Below are positions 1 through 8,523 of a stretch of DNA of 64,000 nt, piece after piece (positions within the stretch are counted from its first letter, which is position 1; every line of letters begins with the position of its first letter). The stretch is from an uncultured delta proteobacterium (GTDB lineage: Bacteria; Desulfobacterota; WTBG01; CAIYCZ01; CAIRTM01). The position numbers and the translations under genes are program-made. The stretch lies in the NCBI GenBank assembly GCA_963804955.1, contig CAWDSQ010000030.1:192001-256000 (forward strand), read 5' to 3'. The notes beneath the pieces are model-generated. The model was not told where the DNA came from. It saw nothing but the letters and a program-made list of their open reading frames with translations, and searched no databases.

Positions 1-798
1 GTCGACGAGATACGTCAAGCGCAGGCTGCATTGGCCGTTCCATTCGGTGAGGGCTACCTGGCTCCTGAAATAGGCCGCAAGGAGCATGTCGCTCATCGTG
101 GCATTGCGCGAGCGTGCATAGGCCCGCAGCTGCAGCACCCGCTCGCAAGGCAGATGCCGCACTGCATGGGCAGCAGGATCTTTTGGCCCGTACGGTGGGC
201 GCAGGGCAAGGCAGGGCTTTTGCTCCTGCAGCATGGTGCGGGCAGTGTTGCCGATAATGCGGGGCCATGCGGCTAGCGGGATACGGGCGAACAGCGCTCG
301 GCTGCCGCGGTATGCCATGTTTTCCTCTGGAAGAAAGCCGGGCTCGACGGCAAGGCGGGTGTAGATCGATGACAGAACGCGCAGGACATAATCGAACCGC
401 CGGCCGTCGCAGACGAGATGGTTGCATTTGGCAAGAAGCCGGTCTTCAGAGGAACCGGTGAACAGGCACAGGCGCACCTGCGGCCCAGTGCCTGCAGGCA
501 GATTCGTCAACTTGAACTGCTCAAGCCGGTCCCGGCTTTCGGTGACATAAAATATCTCTTCCCGAGACCACGTGGCCTCTTCCCAGTAGGGGCGCCAGGC
601 AGCATCTACAAAACTGCAGCCAAGGATGGGCAGGGCCTTAAAAAGAAGCTCCAGGGCACGGTAGAGCCTGTCGTGATCAAGTCGGTGCTCAAAAACCATT
701 TCGTTGAGAAAGGTCTTTGAGCCAAAATAAAGATCCCGGTCAAGGGCCATCATGCGGTCAGCGCTTACCGCAGAAAATGTACGCGGTGGATTCATCAT
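1..798 (-). CDS. Condensation-domain / CoA-dependent acyltransferase-fold protein (PapA5 / WS-DGAT / C-domain-like), 3' end beyond the window edge
   Basis: Not in the ORF track because it has no stop in the window. Manual translation from ATG at 798 (GGAG upstream) is open to base 1: MMNPPRTF...LLAKCNHLVCDGRRF...YARSRNATMSDMLLAAY...TYLVD. HxxxDG motif and an 'AT(V/M)(N/S)DxLLAA'-type segment are typical of the fold. Confidence 0.75.
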   Translation of the reverse strand, partial: MMNPPRTFSAVSADRMMALDRDLYFGSKTFLNEMVFEHRLDHDRLYRALELLFKALPILGCSFVDAAWRPYWEEATWSREEIFYVTESRDRLEQFKLTNLPAGTGPQVRLCLFTGSSEDRLLAKCNHLVCDGRRFDYVLRVLSSIYTRLAVEPGFLPEENMAYRGSRALFARIPLAAWPRIIGNTARTMLQEQKPCLALRPPYGPKDPAAHAVRHLPCERVLQLRAYARSRNATMSDMLLAAYFRSQVALTEWNGQCSLRLTYLVD

Positions 799-865
799 GG
801 ATGCTCCGGAATTAATTTTTTTGCCTTCTTTCACATCAAACTCGTAGAAAGCAGCCGTATGCTCA

Positions 866-2218
866 TCAGTCATGCTTTGCAAGAAAAAGCGGCAGCCGTG
901 CATCGGCTTCGTGAAGCTTACGGGCATAGTGCCTGACGCCCAGGTTTGCACCAAGCAGCAGGAACCGGCCTTCCCGGGCATTGCAGAACCGCTTGAAAAT
1001 ACGCTGCATGCTGTAGCTGCGGCGCCACACATCATGCAGCAGATTCTGCAGCGCGGCAGGGCGAATATGCCGGGGCTGAAAAACCACATGCTCCTGATCA
1101 TAATAGCGCCAGTCTTCAGTGAGAATTCTGCCTTCGGCCCTGATGCGCTCGAAAAGCCGGGTGCCGGGAAAGGGTGTAATGGCGGCAAATCGCACGAGAT
1201 CAAGCTCCAGATCGTCGATCCGCGAAACCATCTGCCCGAGTGACTCGGGCGTATCGCCGTCCAGCCCGAGCATGAAGGTTCCGAGAATCCCGATGCCGCG
1301 GTTGTGCAGGGTCCGCACCAGATCACGGTAGGCAGCGATATCGTTTGTGTCTTTTCGTTCCACGGCCAGGCTCTCAGCTGAGAATGACTCAAATCCCATG
1401 AGTATTCCCTTGCACCCGCTTGTGACGGCAAGCTCAAAGAGTTCTCGATCCGCAGTGAAATCGGTGCCCGCAAGGCCGCCCCAGTGAATATTGAGCGGTA
1501 TGAGCCGGCTGAAAAGCTCTTTTGCATAGTCCTTGTCATAGGTCAGGTTCGGGTCAAGGAAAAGGATCATTTTAGAGCCGAGCATCCTGATTTCTTCAAC
1601 CACTTCGTCAATATCCCTGCGGTACTGATTCCCCCAGAGGTGATTGATGGCGCAGAAGTCGCATTGGTTACCGCAGCCAAGCGTTGCAATGACTGTGGGC
1701 ATCGGCAAATATGCTTTTTTGCGCAGCAGATCCCGTCGGGCCACCGGGTGATGAATTCGGTCGCATGGCTCCTGGCAATAGATTTTCTGCGGAGCGCCTG
1801 CAGCAAACTCCCGCAACAGCTGCGGCCATGACCGGTCCCCGGCACCCACGACAACGGCGTCGGCATGCATGGCTGCTTCCTGCGGCATGAGGGTGGGGTG
1901 CGCGCCGCCCAGCACGGTGACAGCGCCGCGCTTTTTAAAATAATCGCACAGCTCGTAAGCGCGCGCAGACGATGAAGCGCAGCAGGTTATGCCCACGACA
2001 TCCCAGCTTTTTGCGTCATAATCAGCCGGCTCCGTTCCCTCGTCAACAATGTCGATTTGCGCGTTCAGCTCTTCTGGAACAAGTGCTGCAAGCGTGGTCA
2101 GCGTCAGGGGCGCATAGGTAACGGAACTGCGGAATATGCCGTTATAGTAATACGTGGCGTCGCGCGCAAGAATGATCAGAATTTTCAAGGCGCTGCCGTG
2201 TGCTGCGTTATTCATCAC
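866..2218 (-). CDS. Cobalamin-binding radical SAM enzyme (class B methyltransferase-like) #1
   Basis: N-terminal B12-binding region (GGAHPTLMPQEA), CxxxCxxC = CGNQCDFC, GFES and TPFPGT motifs, 450 aa. Confidence 0.9.
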   Translation of the reverse strand: MMNNAAHGSALKILIILARDATYYYNGIFRSSVTYAPLTLTTLAALVPEELNAQIDIVDEGTEPADYDAKSWDVVGITCCASSSARAYELCDYFKKRGAVTVLGGAHPTLMPQEAAMHADAVVVGAGDRSWPQLLREFAAGAPQKIYCQEPCDRIHHPVARRDLLRKKAYLPMPTVIATLGCGNQCDFCAINHLWGNQYRRDIDEVVEEIRMLGSKMILFLDPNLTYDKDYAKELFSRLIPLNIHWGGLAGTDFTADRELFELAVTSGCKGILMGFESFSAESLAVERKDTNDIAAYRDLVRTLHNRGIGILGTFMLGLDGDTPESLGQMVSRIDDLELDLVRFAAITPFPGTRLFERIRAEGRILTEDWRYYDQEHVVFQPRHIRPAALQNLLHDVWRRSYSMQRIFKRFCNAREGRFLLLGANLGVRHYARKLHEADARLPLFLAKHD

Positions 2219-2248
2219 GTTAAAAACCTCGATGTTAAATGCTGTTTC

Positions 2249-2503
2249 AGGACTGCCGTGCTAGTGGCTTTCGTATTCCTCTTCGGCTTCAAGCCGACCC
2301 TGGTTCTTGATCCCATGCTGGCAGGTAGCAGCAGTCTTATCATCCCCTTTGGTGGCTAGAGCATGTAACTTTATTCTGTAACCGTTTGCACCGGGGACTC
2401 TTTGGTTCATTCGCCCGTGCTAGATTCTCGCAAGATACACCGATTGAGGAACTACGCCAATGGCTCGAACCGCACGGGCTGCTTCACCAAAAACTCCCCG
2501 GTG
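2249..2503. other. Structured intergenic element: two long imperfect stem-loops
   Basis: CACCGGGGACTCTTTGGT (2389) pairs with ACCAAAAACTCCCCGGTG (ends 2503), with an inner GCCCGTGC/GCACGGGC stem. A second stem AGGACTGC..TGCTA / TAGCA GCAGTCTT spans 2249-2338. Confidence 0.5.
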
Positions 2504-2642
2504 ACCATATGGCTACAACATTTTGTTAAATGCTCTAAGGCCCCTTTCCACCCCTGCCTGAATATCTTGCTGCACTCCTGCCTTTTGCAGCCCGGTATTC
2601 TTATCGGGATATTCGCGGACCAGACTGTCGGGCTCCTTCTCT

Positions 2643-4388
2643 TTAGTCTGCAGTGCCATGGCCGGGCCTTTGCGCAGCCGGCGCCGTGTCAATTCTGATA
2701 TTTTTGATCCGCGCATTTGTCCCTACCTCGACGCTAAAGCGCGGGTAGGGGCTGTTCTTCTTCACATATACAGCATAGCCAAAGCCTGTGCGCATCCAGG
2801 AAAACGCGCCGGTTGAAAGATCGAGGATATCGATGGGGTGCAGGGAGCGCGGCCATGCCTCGCTCAGAAAGCCGGGACTGATGGCAAACGAGGTCATATA
2901 GTCGTAGTGCTCTTTGAACAGGGGTTCTTCGACTATGCCCGCAGCGCTGCCGGGATAAATATCGGATGACTTCATCCGCACGGTGTAGAGGAAAACATAA
3001 TCAGGGGCCAGGCTCAGGAGCAGTTCAAGCTCCCTTTTTTTAAAGGAGACGAAGCTGGCTGAGGGCGGGAAAAAAGATATATCGGGCGAACCGTAGCGGG
3101 CTTTGAGGTCTGCAAAATCACGGCTGGTGAGGCCGACCAGGTCCAGGGTGGCGGCCCGGGAAATATAGGCGAAGTAGCCCACATCGCCGATGGCTATGAG
3201 GGGTTTTGTCCCCAGTTCGCGGCGGACCCATTCGCCGAAAGTTCCCCAATTGAAGCGGGCACAAGCCCCAAGTTCACGCCATCGGTAATTAAAAGCCAAA
3301 TCCCTACAGAACTGATCGCCGGCTACAAACAGCAGGCCCGCTGCGAGTGCCGCCCAGAGCAGCTTTCTGGCCGCTGTCGGCGCCCATGAGCGCCAGAGCT
3401 CGGCCAGCAGCAGCTGGCAGCAGATGATCATCAGGGGCACCACGGGCAGATTATAGCGGAAATAGGGCATCCACTCCCAGGCGGAAAAGCAGAGGCTGGG
3501 CACAAACCCCGTGGCGATAAAAACATACAGGGGCGGCAGCATGCATCGTTTATCCGGCAGCCGCACAAAAATAAAAAACGGCAGAAGAAACAGAAGCCAC
3601 GCATAGTTGGTGAAAAAAGCGCGGTTGATAAAAAAGCCCATCAACAACTCCACATACAGGGGCATGGAGCCTTTGGCATAGTAGGTATTAGGAAGCAGCA
3701 GGCCATAGTAGTGCAGGCGCCACACAAGAAAAGCGCCGTAGCACAGGCAAAACAACAGTATGCCCGATAGCATTGGCCGCAGGGATTCTTTGTTTGAAAA
3801 GCGCCGCCATAGCAGCCAGGCGCAGTAGGCAAAGAAAAAAAGTATGCCCTCGGGCCGGGTGAAGGCTGCAAGCAGGAGCATAAAAAAAACACCGAAACAG
3901 CGGCCCTGGCTTTTGTGCGCCCTCATGCCTGCGGCGGCTGCGGCTGCCACCAGCATGGTGTAGCAGGAAGTTTCAAGACCTGATGCGGCATAAAACTGGA
4001 GGGGTAAATACAGCAGATACAGCAGAGGGCCGGCAAGAGACAGTATCCCCCGTACTGCGAACCAGCGCCAGGGGATGAACCATACCAGCAGCAGCGTCAG
4101 GCTGTTGCACAGGGCGCCTGCCATGCGGCTGACGCTGACCATGTCAAAGCCGAGCCTGTGCGCAGCGGCAAGAGAAAACATCCAGAGCGGATTGGAATAG
4201 CCCTCGACGCGCTCGCCGGGATTAAAGACCGGGCCATAACCGTCAGCGAGATTTCTGGAAAAGCGGAAGGTGATATAGGCGTCTTCACAAGGGTCGGGGG
4301 TCAGCGAGAAAATATAAGCCAGTTCCCCGGCATATATTCCAGCCACCAGCAGCCCCAGTATAAAGAGCCGGTTTTTTCTAGCAGCCAT
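2643..4388 (-). CDS. Multi-pass membrane GT-C-fold glycosyltransferase-like protein (AftB-like)
   Basis: EDAYITFRFSRNLADGYGPVFNPGERVEGYSNPLW after the first TM helix resembles the AftB-type loop motif. Also GLET, RPEG, PNTYYAK, DLVGL and many hydrophobic helices. Confidence 0.65.
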   Translation of the reverse strand: MAARKNRLFILGLLVAGIYAGELAYIFSLTPDPCEDAYITFRFSRNLADGYGPVFNPGERVEGYSNPLWMFSLAAAHRLGFDMVSVSRMAGALCNSLTLLLVWFIPWRWFAVRGILSLAGPLLYLLYLPLQFYAASGLETSCYTMLVAAAAAAGMRAHKSQGRCFGVFFMLLLAAFTRPEGILFFFAYCAWLLWRRFSNKESLRPMLSGILLFCLCYGAFLVWRLHYYGLLLPNTYYAKGSMPLYVELLMGFFINRAFFTNYAWLLFLLPFFIFVRLPDKRCMLPPLYVFIATGFVPSLCFSAWEWMPYFRYNLPVVPLMIICCQLLLAELWRSWAPTAARKLLWAALAAGLLFVAGDQFCRDLAFNYRWRELGACARFNWGTFGEWVRRELGTKPLIAIGDVGYFAYISRAATLDLVGLTSRDFADLKARYGSPDISFFPPSASFVSFKKRELELLLSLAPDYVFLYTVRMKSSDIYPGSAAGIVEEPLFKEHYDYMTSFAISPGFLSEAWPRSLHPIDILDLSTGAFSWMRTGFGYAVYVKKNSPYPRFSVEVGTNARIKNIRIDTAPAAQRPGHGTAD

Positions 4389-4716
4389 AAGCCTCCAATA
4401 TACGCGTATAATTTAGATGTTTGGATGCGAACCAGTTCACAAACAGACTGTTTTTTTGGCATGTCCTAGTATAAAGGCAACTGTGACATGAGCTGCCAAC
4501 TGATGCAATGCCAGTCAGGCGCCAGCCCCGGCAGCCATGCCGGCCTTTCCGTTGGCGGGCAGCCGCCTACCGGCTCTCCCGTATGCGGGAAACAGCAGGG
4601 AGTATACCGGATGACCTTTTTCATAGGCGAGTATCTTGTTATCACCGAGCATTTTCTCGAAATAGCTCGCGCCCATATTCGACAGGGCTTTAAAAGTTCT
4701 AACAGTGCTGCATGGC

Positions 4717-5829
4717 TCATAGTGCTGCGACCTCTATATAGGGGATGCGATTGTCAAGAGCGCTGTGCCAGCCCGCTGCATCGTCCCAGCAGATTGTGTA
4801 GAGAATGCTTTTGTAGGACAGATGAAGAAGGTTGCGGGCAGGCGCAAGCAGCGGATCGTTTTCCGCAAGCCCCACCATAAGGTATGCGTAGCCGCGCTGC
4901 GCAGCAAGATTATGGACATGCCGGAGCAAAAGTGAAAAAATACGGGCATCATTGTTTTCCATGCAGACAAAGCTGGCATAGGCCATGCGCAGCTCTTCTC
5001 CCGGGGGCGGCAGGGGCCGGGCGCCCAAGAGCCGCAGGCCCAGGTTGAACGGCCGGCGAAGGCTGCCTAGGGGCCAGCTGTAGCGCTGGATGACTATCTG
5101 CTTGCAGGAGGATTGGTCCCAGAGCCCGATGATGCCGGCGAGCTTTCCGCTGCGGCGGGCCAGAAGGAAGTCCCGGACATCAAAGCCCCGGGTGCGGGGG
5201 CTGCCGCAAAAATCATTTTCGGTGTAGCAGGGAAAAAACTGTTTTTCGCAGCCGCGGCGCCGCAGAAATTCAATTATCTCCGGAAGCTCCCCGGCTGTGC
5301 CGCGGCATACCTGTATTTTATCAGTGGTCACTGCCAGCGGCCGGCGGACAATGATCGCCAGCGTCCACAGGCGGCAGTAGGGCCGCACCGCCGGATATCC
5401 CGGCCGGGGCCGGTCTACAAACAGGCCTACCGGTTTGGTATTGCCTTCAATGATTGAGGCAATATAGCCCTGCACGCGGCCGTCGGCGTGAAGGCTTCTG
5501 AGCCACCGATGCCCCTGCGGCGCCAGCTGCAGCCACCGGCCCTGGAATTTTTTATCAACGCGCAGCTGGCTGTAGTAGCCCACCTCCTGCTCCCTCCCGT
5601 TAACAAAAAGCGGGCAGCTGGAACGGCCCATGATGCCCGCAAGCGCGCCGTCCGGCCGGTGGCGCGCCATGAGAACCTGGCTGAAGGGGCCCATGGTAGC
5701 GCAGCCCGGAAAATAATCGGGCTCGCGCAGATAATTCAGCGTTATGGGCCCCGGCATGGGATTTGCCGCAAGCAGATGCCGGATATCGGCATCATCGGCC
5801 TGCCCTGCAAGCCTGAGCTCAAAATCCAT
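4717..5829 (-). CDS. GNAT-fold acyltransferase-like protein (probably tandem GNAT)
   Basis: N-terminal 'ELRLAGQADD' and acyl-CoA-binding motif A-like 'QLRVDKKFQGR', 370 aa. Confidence 0.6.
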   Translation of the reverse strand: MDFELRLAGQADDADIRHLLAANPMPGPITLNYLREPDYFPGCATMGPFSQVLMARHRPDGALAGIMGRSSCPLFVNGREQEVGYYSQLRVDKKFQGRWLQLAPQGHRWLRSLHADGRVQGYIASIIEGNTKPVGLFVDRPRPGYPAVRPYCRLWTLAIIVRRPLAVTTDKIQVCRGTAGELPEIIEFLRRRGCEKQFFPCYTENDFCGSPRTRGFDVRDFLLARRSGKLAGIIGLWDQSSCKQIVIQRYSWPLGSLRRPFNLGLRLLGARPLPPPGEELRMAYASFVCMENNDARIFSLLLRHVHNLAAQRGYAYLMVGLAENDPLLAPARNLLHLSYKSILYTICWDDAAGWHSALDNRIPYIEVAAL

Positions 5830-5859
5830 TGCCGCCGCCCCTGTAGTTGTGCGTTTGCA

Positions 5860-7215
5860 TCAGTTCGCCCTGATAATCTCTCCGCGCCAGCCTGCATCGC
5901 CGAGGGGGTAGAAATCGCGCTGCGTAATCTCGCGGCGGAACATATTGTTGATTAATAAAAAGTTTCCGAACATCGACAGGCCTCCGCTGTTTACGGAGTC
6001 TATGCTTCGCTTCAGGATGCTGGGCCAGCTGTAGAATTCGCGGCGCGCTTCAACGCAGCGGCGCTGCAGTTCCTCCGGGGTCAGGTGCATGGGCTGGAAC
6101 GGCATTTTGTTGTAGCTATAGTTGTCATCAAGCCACCACGAATTATACAGCAGGCGGTTTTCCTGCTGCAGCCGGGCGTACAGCGGCGTGCCGGGAAACG
6201 GCGTCAGGTGGTTGAATGCCGTGATAAAAAACCGGTGCTGCCGGGCAAAGGCAACGCTTTCGGCAAACGAGGCGGCCGTATCGTGGTCATAGCCGAACAC
6301 GAAGGTGATGTAGAGCCGGATTCGATAGCGCCGCAGATTGGCAAGGGCCTGCGCATAGCCGCCCTGCATGGTGTTGAAGCCCTTGTTCATGGACGCAAGA
6401 TTCTCGGGGTTGAGGCTTTCAAATCCGATGAGAACGCACTGGCAGCCGCTGCGCGCGAGCAGTTCGAGAAACTCTTCGTCATGGGCGGCGTGGATGCTGA
6501 CCTGGCCGACCCACTTGATCTTGAGCGGTATGAGGGCGCGCAGAAAATCCTTTGCCTGCTCCATATCCGCCGTAAGATTATCGTCGATGAAAAAAATCGC
6601 CTTTTTCTGCGGCCACACCCGTCTGATTTCTTCCAGCACCTCGTCGGGGGGGCGGCAGGTTCGGCTGCGGTGAAAGGCCGTCTGTATCGAGCAGAAGTCG
6701 CAGCCGCAGGGACATCCCCGGCCCCATTCAACAAGCCCGATGGGCAGGTAGCGCTTGCCGCGGAAGATGCTCCGGTCGGGCTTGAGGCCCGAGAGTGCGG
6801 GCCGCGCCGAACAGCGGTAGAATTTTTTCAGGGTTCCGTGGCGGGCATCGTCGATAACCTCGGGCCACAGCAATTCCGCTTCGCCCACAACGACGGCCTC
6901 GGCATACAGCGCCACTTCATCCGGGCACAGGGTCGCGTGAAACCCGCCCATCACGACGGGCACGCCGCGGCGGCGGTACTCGCTGGCGATCTGGTAGGAC
7001 CTTTTTGCCGTGTACGTCTCGATGCTGATGGCCACAAGATCCGTGGGCCTGTCATAGGGTATGGCCTCCATGCGATCATCGTAAAACGCGATTTCAGCGT
7101 TCTTCAGCGGCAGCCCGGCAATGGTGGCAGCGGGCAGCGGCTCCATCTGCCATGTGCCGATATAGCGCTCTCCCGGCCTGCGTCCGACGCTGGGATGGAT
7201 AATGGTTATGCGCAT
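5860..7215 (-). CDS. Cobalamin-binding radical SAM enzyme #2
   Basis: GGFHATLCPDE, GEAE, RGCPCGCDFC, FIDDN, IGFES, TPFPGT. Confidence 0.9.
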   Translation of the reverse strand: MRITIIHPSVGRRPGERYIGTWQMEPLPAATIAGLPLKNAEIAFYDDRMEAIPYDRPTDLVAISIETYTAKRSYQIASEYRRRGVPVVMGGFHATLCPDEVALYAEAVVVGEAELLWPEVIDDARHGTLKKFYRCSARPALSGLKPDRSIFRGKRYLPIGLVEWGRGCPCGCDFCSIQTAFHRSRTCRPPDEVLEEIRRVWPQKKAIFFIDDNLTADMEQAKDFLRALIPLKIKWVGQVSIHAAHDEEFLELLARSGCQCVLIGFESLNPENLASMNKGFNTMQGGYAQALANLRRYRIRLYITFVFGYDHDTAASFAESVAFARQHRFFITAFNHLTPFPGTPLYARLQQENRLLYNSWWLDDNYSYNKMPFQPMHLTPEELQRRCVEARREFYSWPSILKRSIDSVNSGGLSMFGNFLLINNMFRREITQRDFYPLGDAGWRGEIIRAN

Positions 7216-7217
7216 AC

Positions 7218-8495
7218 CTACTTCCCCTGAAGTGTTTTATAAAAGCCCGGATATTCAAAATGCCTGAGCTTTTTGCAAATGCTGCAGGAATCCTCCACAG
7301 CCGTCGGCAACTGCTCAATGCCCATTTCCCGGATCTTTTCAGCCACCTCCTCTCCCATGCACCGGCCTTTGGGTTTGCCGATGAGGCTGTTCATGCGCGG
7401 CCATAAATTTTTAATGCTTTCCTGCCGGACATTGCCGAATGACAGCGGCACGAGATCGCAGGGCTGAAGCTCCCCGGAGGCGCTTATGTAGGAATGCTGC
7501 ACCCCGGCCGAGCACCCGAGCGTTTTGAAGTCTTGAACATGGATCTCGGAGGAGACTTTCATGCCCGACATGGTCCTGTTGGCTTCAGCCTGAATTTTTA
7601 AAAGCAGGCGCCGGGTTTCATCGGTGTAGGAAATATCGCTGAGGTCGTAGAGCGCCCGGCCGATTTTTTTCGGCTCCATGATGACGACATCCTTGACGCC
7701 GAGTGATTTTGCGAAATTGAAAAGTTTGAAAAGCTCCTCGCGGTTGATGCCTACCTTGGGGATCACGGATATGATAGCCGTGTAAAAGCCGTGGCTGACC
7801 GAAAGCTTCAGCGCTCGCACGGCATTGTCGAAAGAGACGTTGACCCCGCGTATTTTGTTGTCGGTGTCGCGGTCATAGGAGTTAAGGCTCACGGCAATAG
7901 CGTAAAGCCCGCTTTTTTTCAGTGACGCAGCCCGCTTTTCGTCAAGACCGCAGCCCGTGGTGAGCAGGTAGGTGACCGAGCGGCTGTCGATTGCTTCAAT
8001 GATCCGCTCCAGGTCCCGGCGCATCAGCGGCTCGCCGCCTGTGAATGAAATTGTGGGGCCGTTCATGTCCTGCACATCCTTCGCGACCCTGATCCACTCC
8101 TCGGTCGTGAGCTCGGGGCCAGGCTTTTTTCCGTCGTTGCTGCAGTAATAGCATTTGTAGGAACAGGCGTTTGTGACGGCGAAGCAGAATGTGGCAGGGG
8201 CTGATTTCTCAATGCGGGCATGCTGCGAGAAAATGTTTTTGCTGCTGGGCGTAGATTTAATAAAAGTCATGAAGGCTTCAGACGGTATGGGAGGAACGGT
8301 CATGTTGTGAAAAAACTGGCCGTTGTCCAAAACGATCATTTTGTCGACACTCAGCAGGCAGCGCATGGCTTTGCAGAGTCTGACCAGAGAGTAGGAAGGA
8401 TCTTCTTTCAATAGAGCATGCACCTGCCGTAAAAATTTCCTGGTTTTTTTGTCCAGAAACATGCGAATCATTACCGTCAAATTGATAAAAAACAT
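7218..8495 (-). CDS. Radical SAM protein with SPASM/Twitch-type C-terminal Cys motifs
   Basis: TNACSYKCYYC, FTGGEPL, CSAG...ISASGELQPC and further C-terminal Cys. Start re-assigned to ATG at 8495 (MFFINL); the ORF-track extension to 8762 overlaps the GH3 gene. Confidence 0.85.
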   Translation of the reverse strand: MFFINLTVMIRMFLDKKTRKFLRQVHALLKEDPSYSLVRLCKAMRCLLSVDKMIVLDNGQFFHNMTVPPIPSEAFMTFIKSTPSSKNIFSQHARIEKSAPATFCFAVTNACSYKCYYCSNDGKKPGPELTTEEWIRVAKDVQDMNGPTISFTGGEPLMRRDLERIIEAIDSRSVTYLLTTGCGLDEKRAASLKKSGLYAIAVSLNSYDRDTDNKIRGVNVSFDNAVRALKLSVSHGFYTAIISVIPKVGINREELFKLFNFAKSLGVKDVVIMEPKKIGRALYDLSDISYTDETRRLLLKIQAEANRTMSGMKVSSEIHVQDFKTLGCSAGVQHSYISASGELQPCDLVPLSFGNVRQESIKNLWPRMNSLIGKPKGRCMGEEVAEKIREMGIEQLPTAVEDSCSICKKLRHFEYPGFYKTLQGK

Positions 8496-8523
8496 GGGTT
8501 TCTCTCTCAGTAAAGTGTTGGCG

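Noticed and set aside
2219..2642. Cobalamin riboswitch or 6S RNA
   Set aside because: Only a partial GCCACT match; the GGGAA and B12-box elements and the 6S central bubble were not recognisable.
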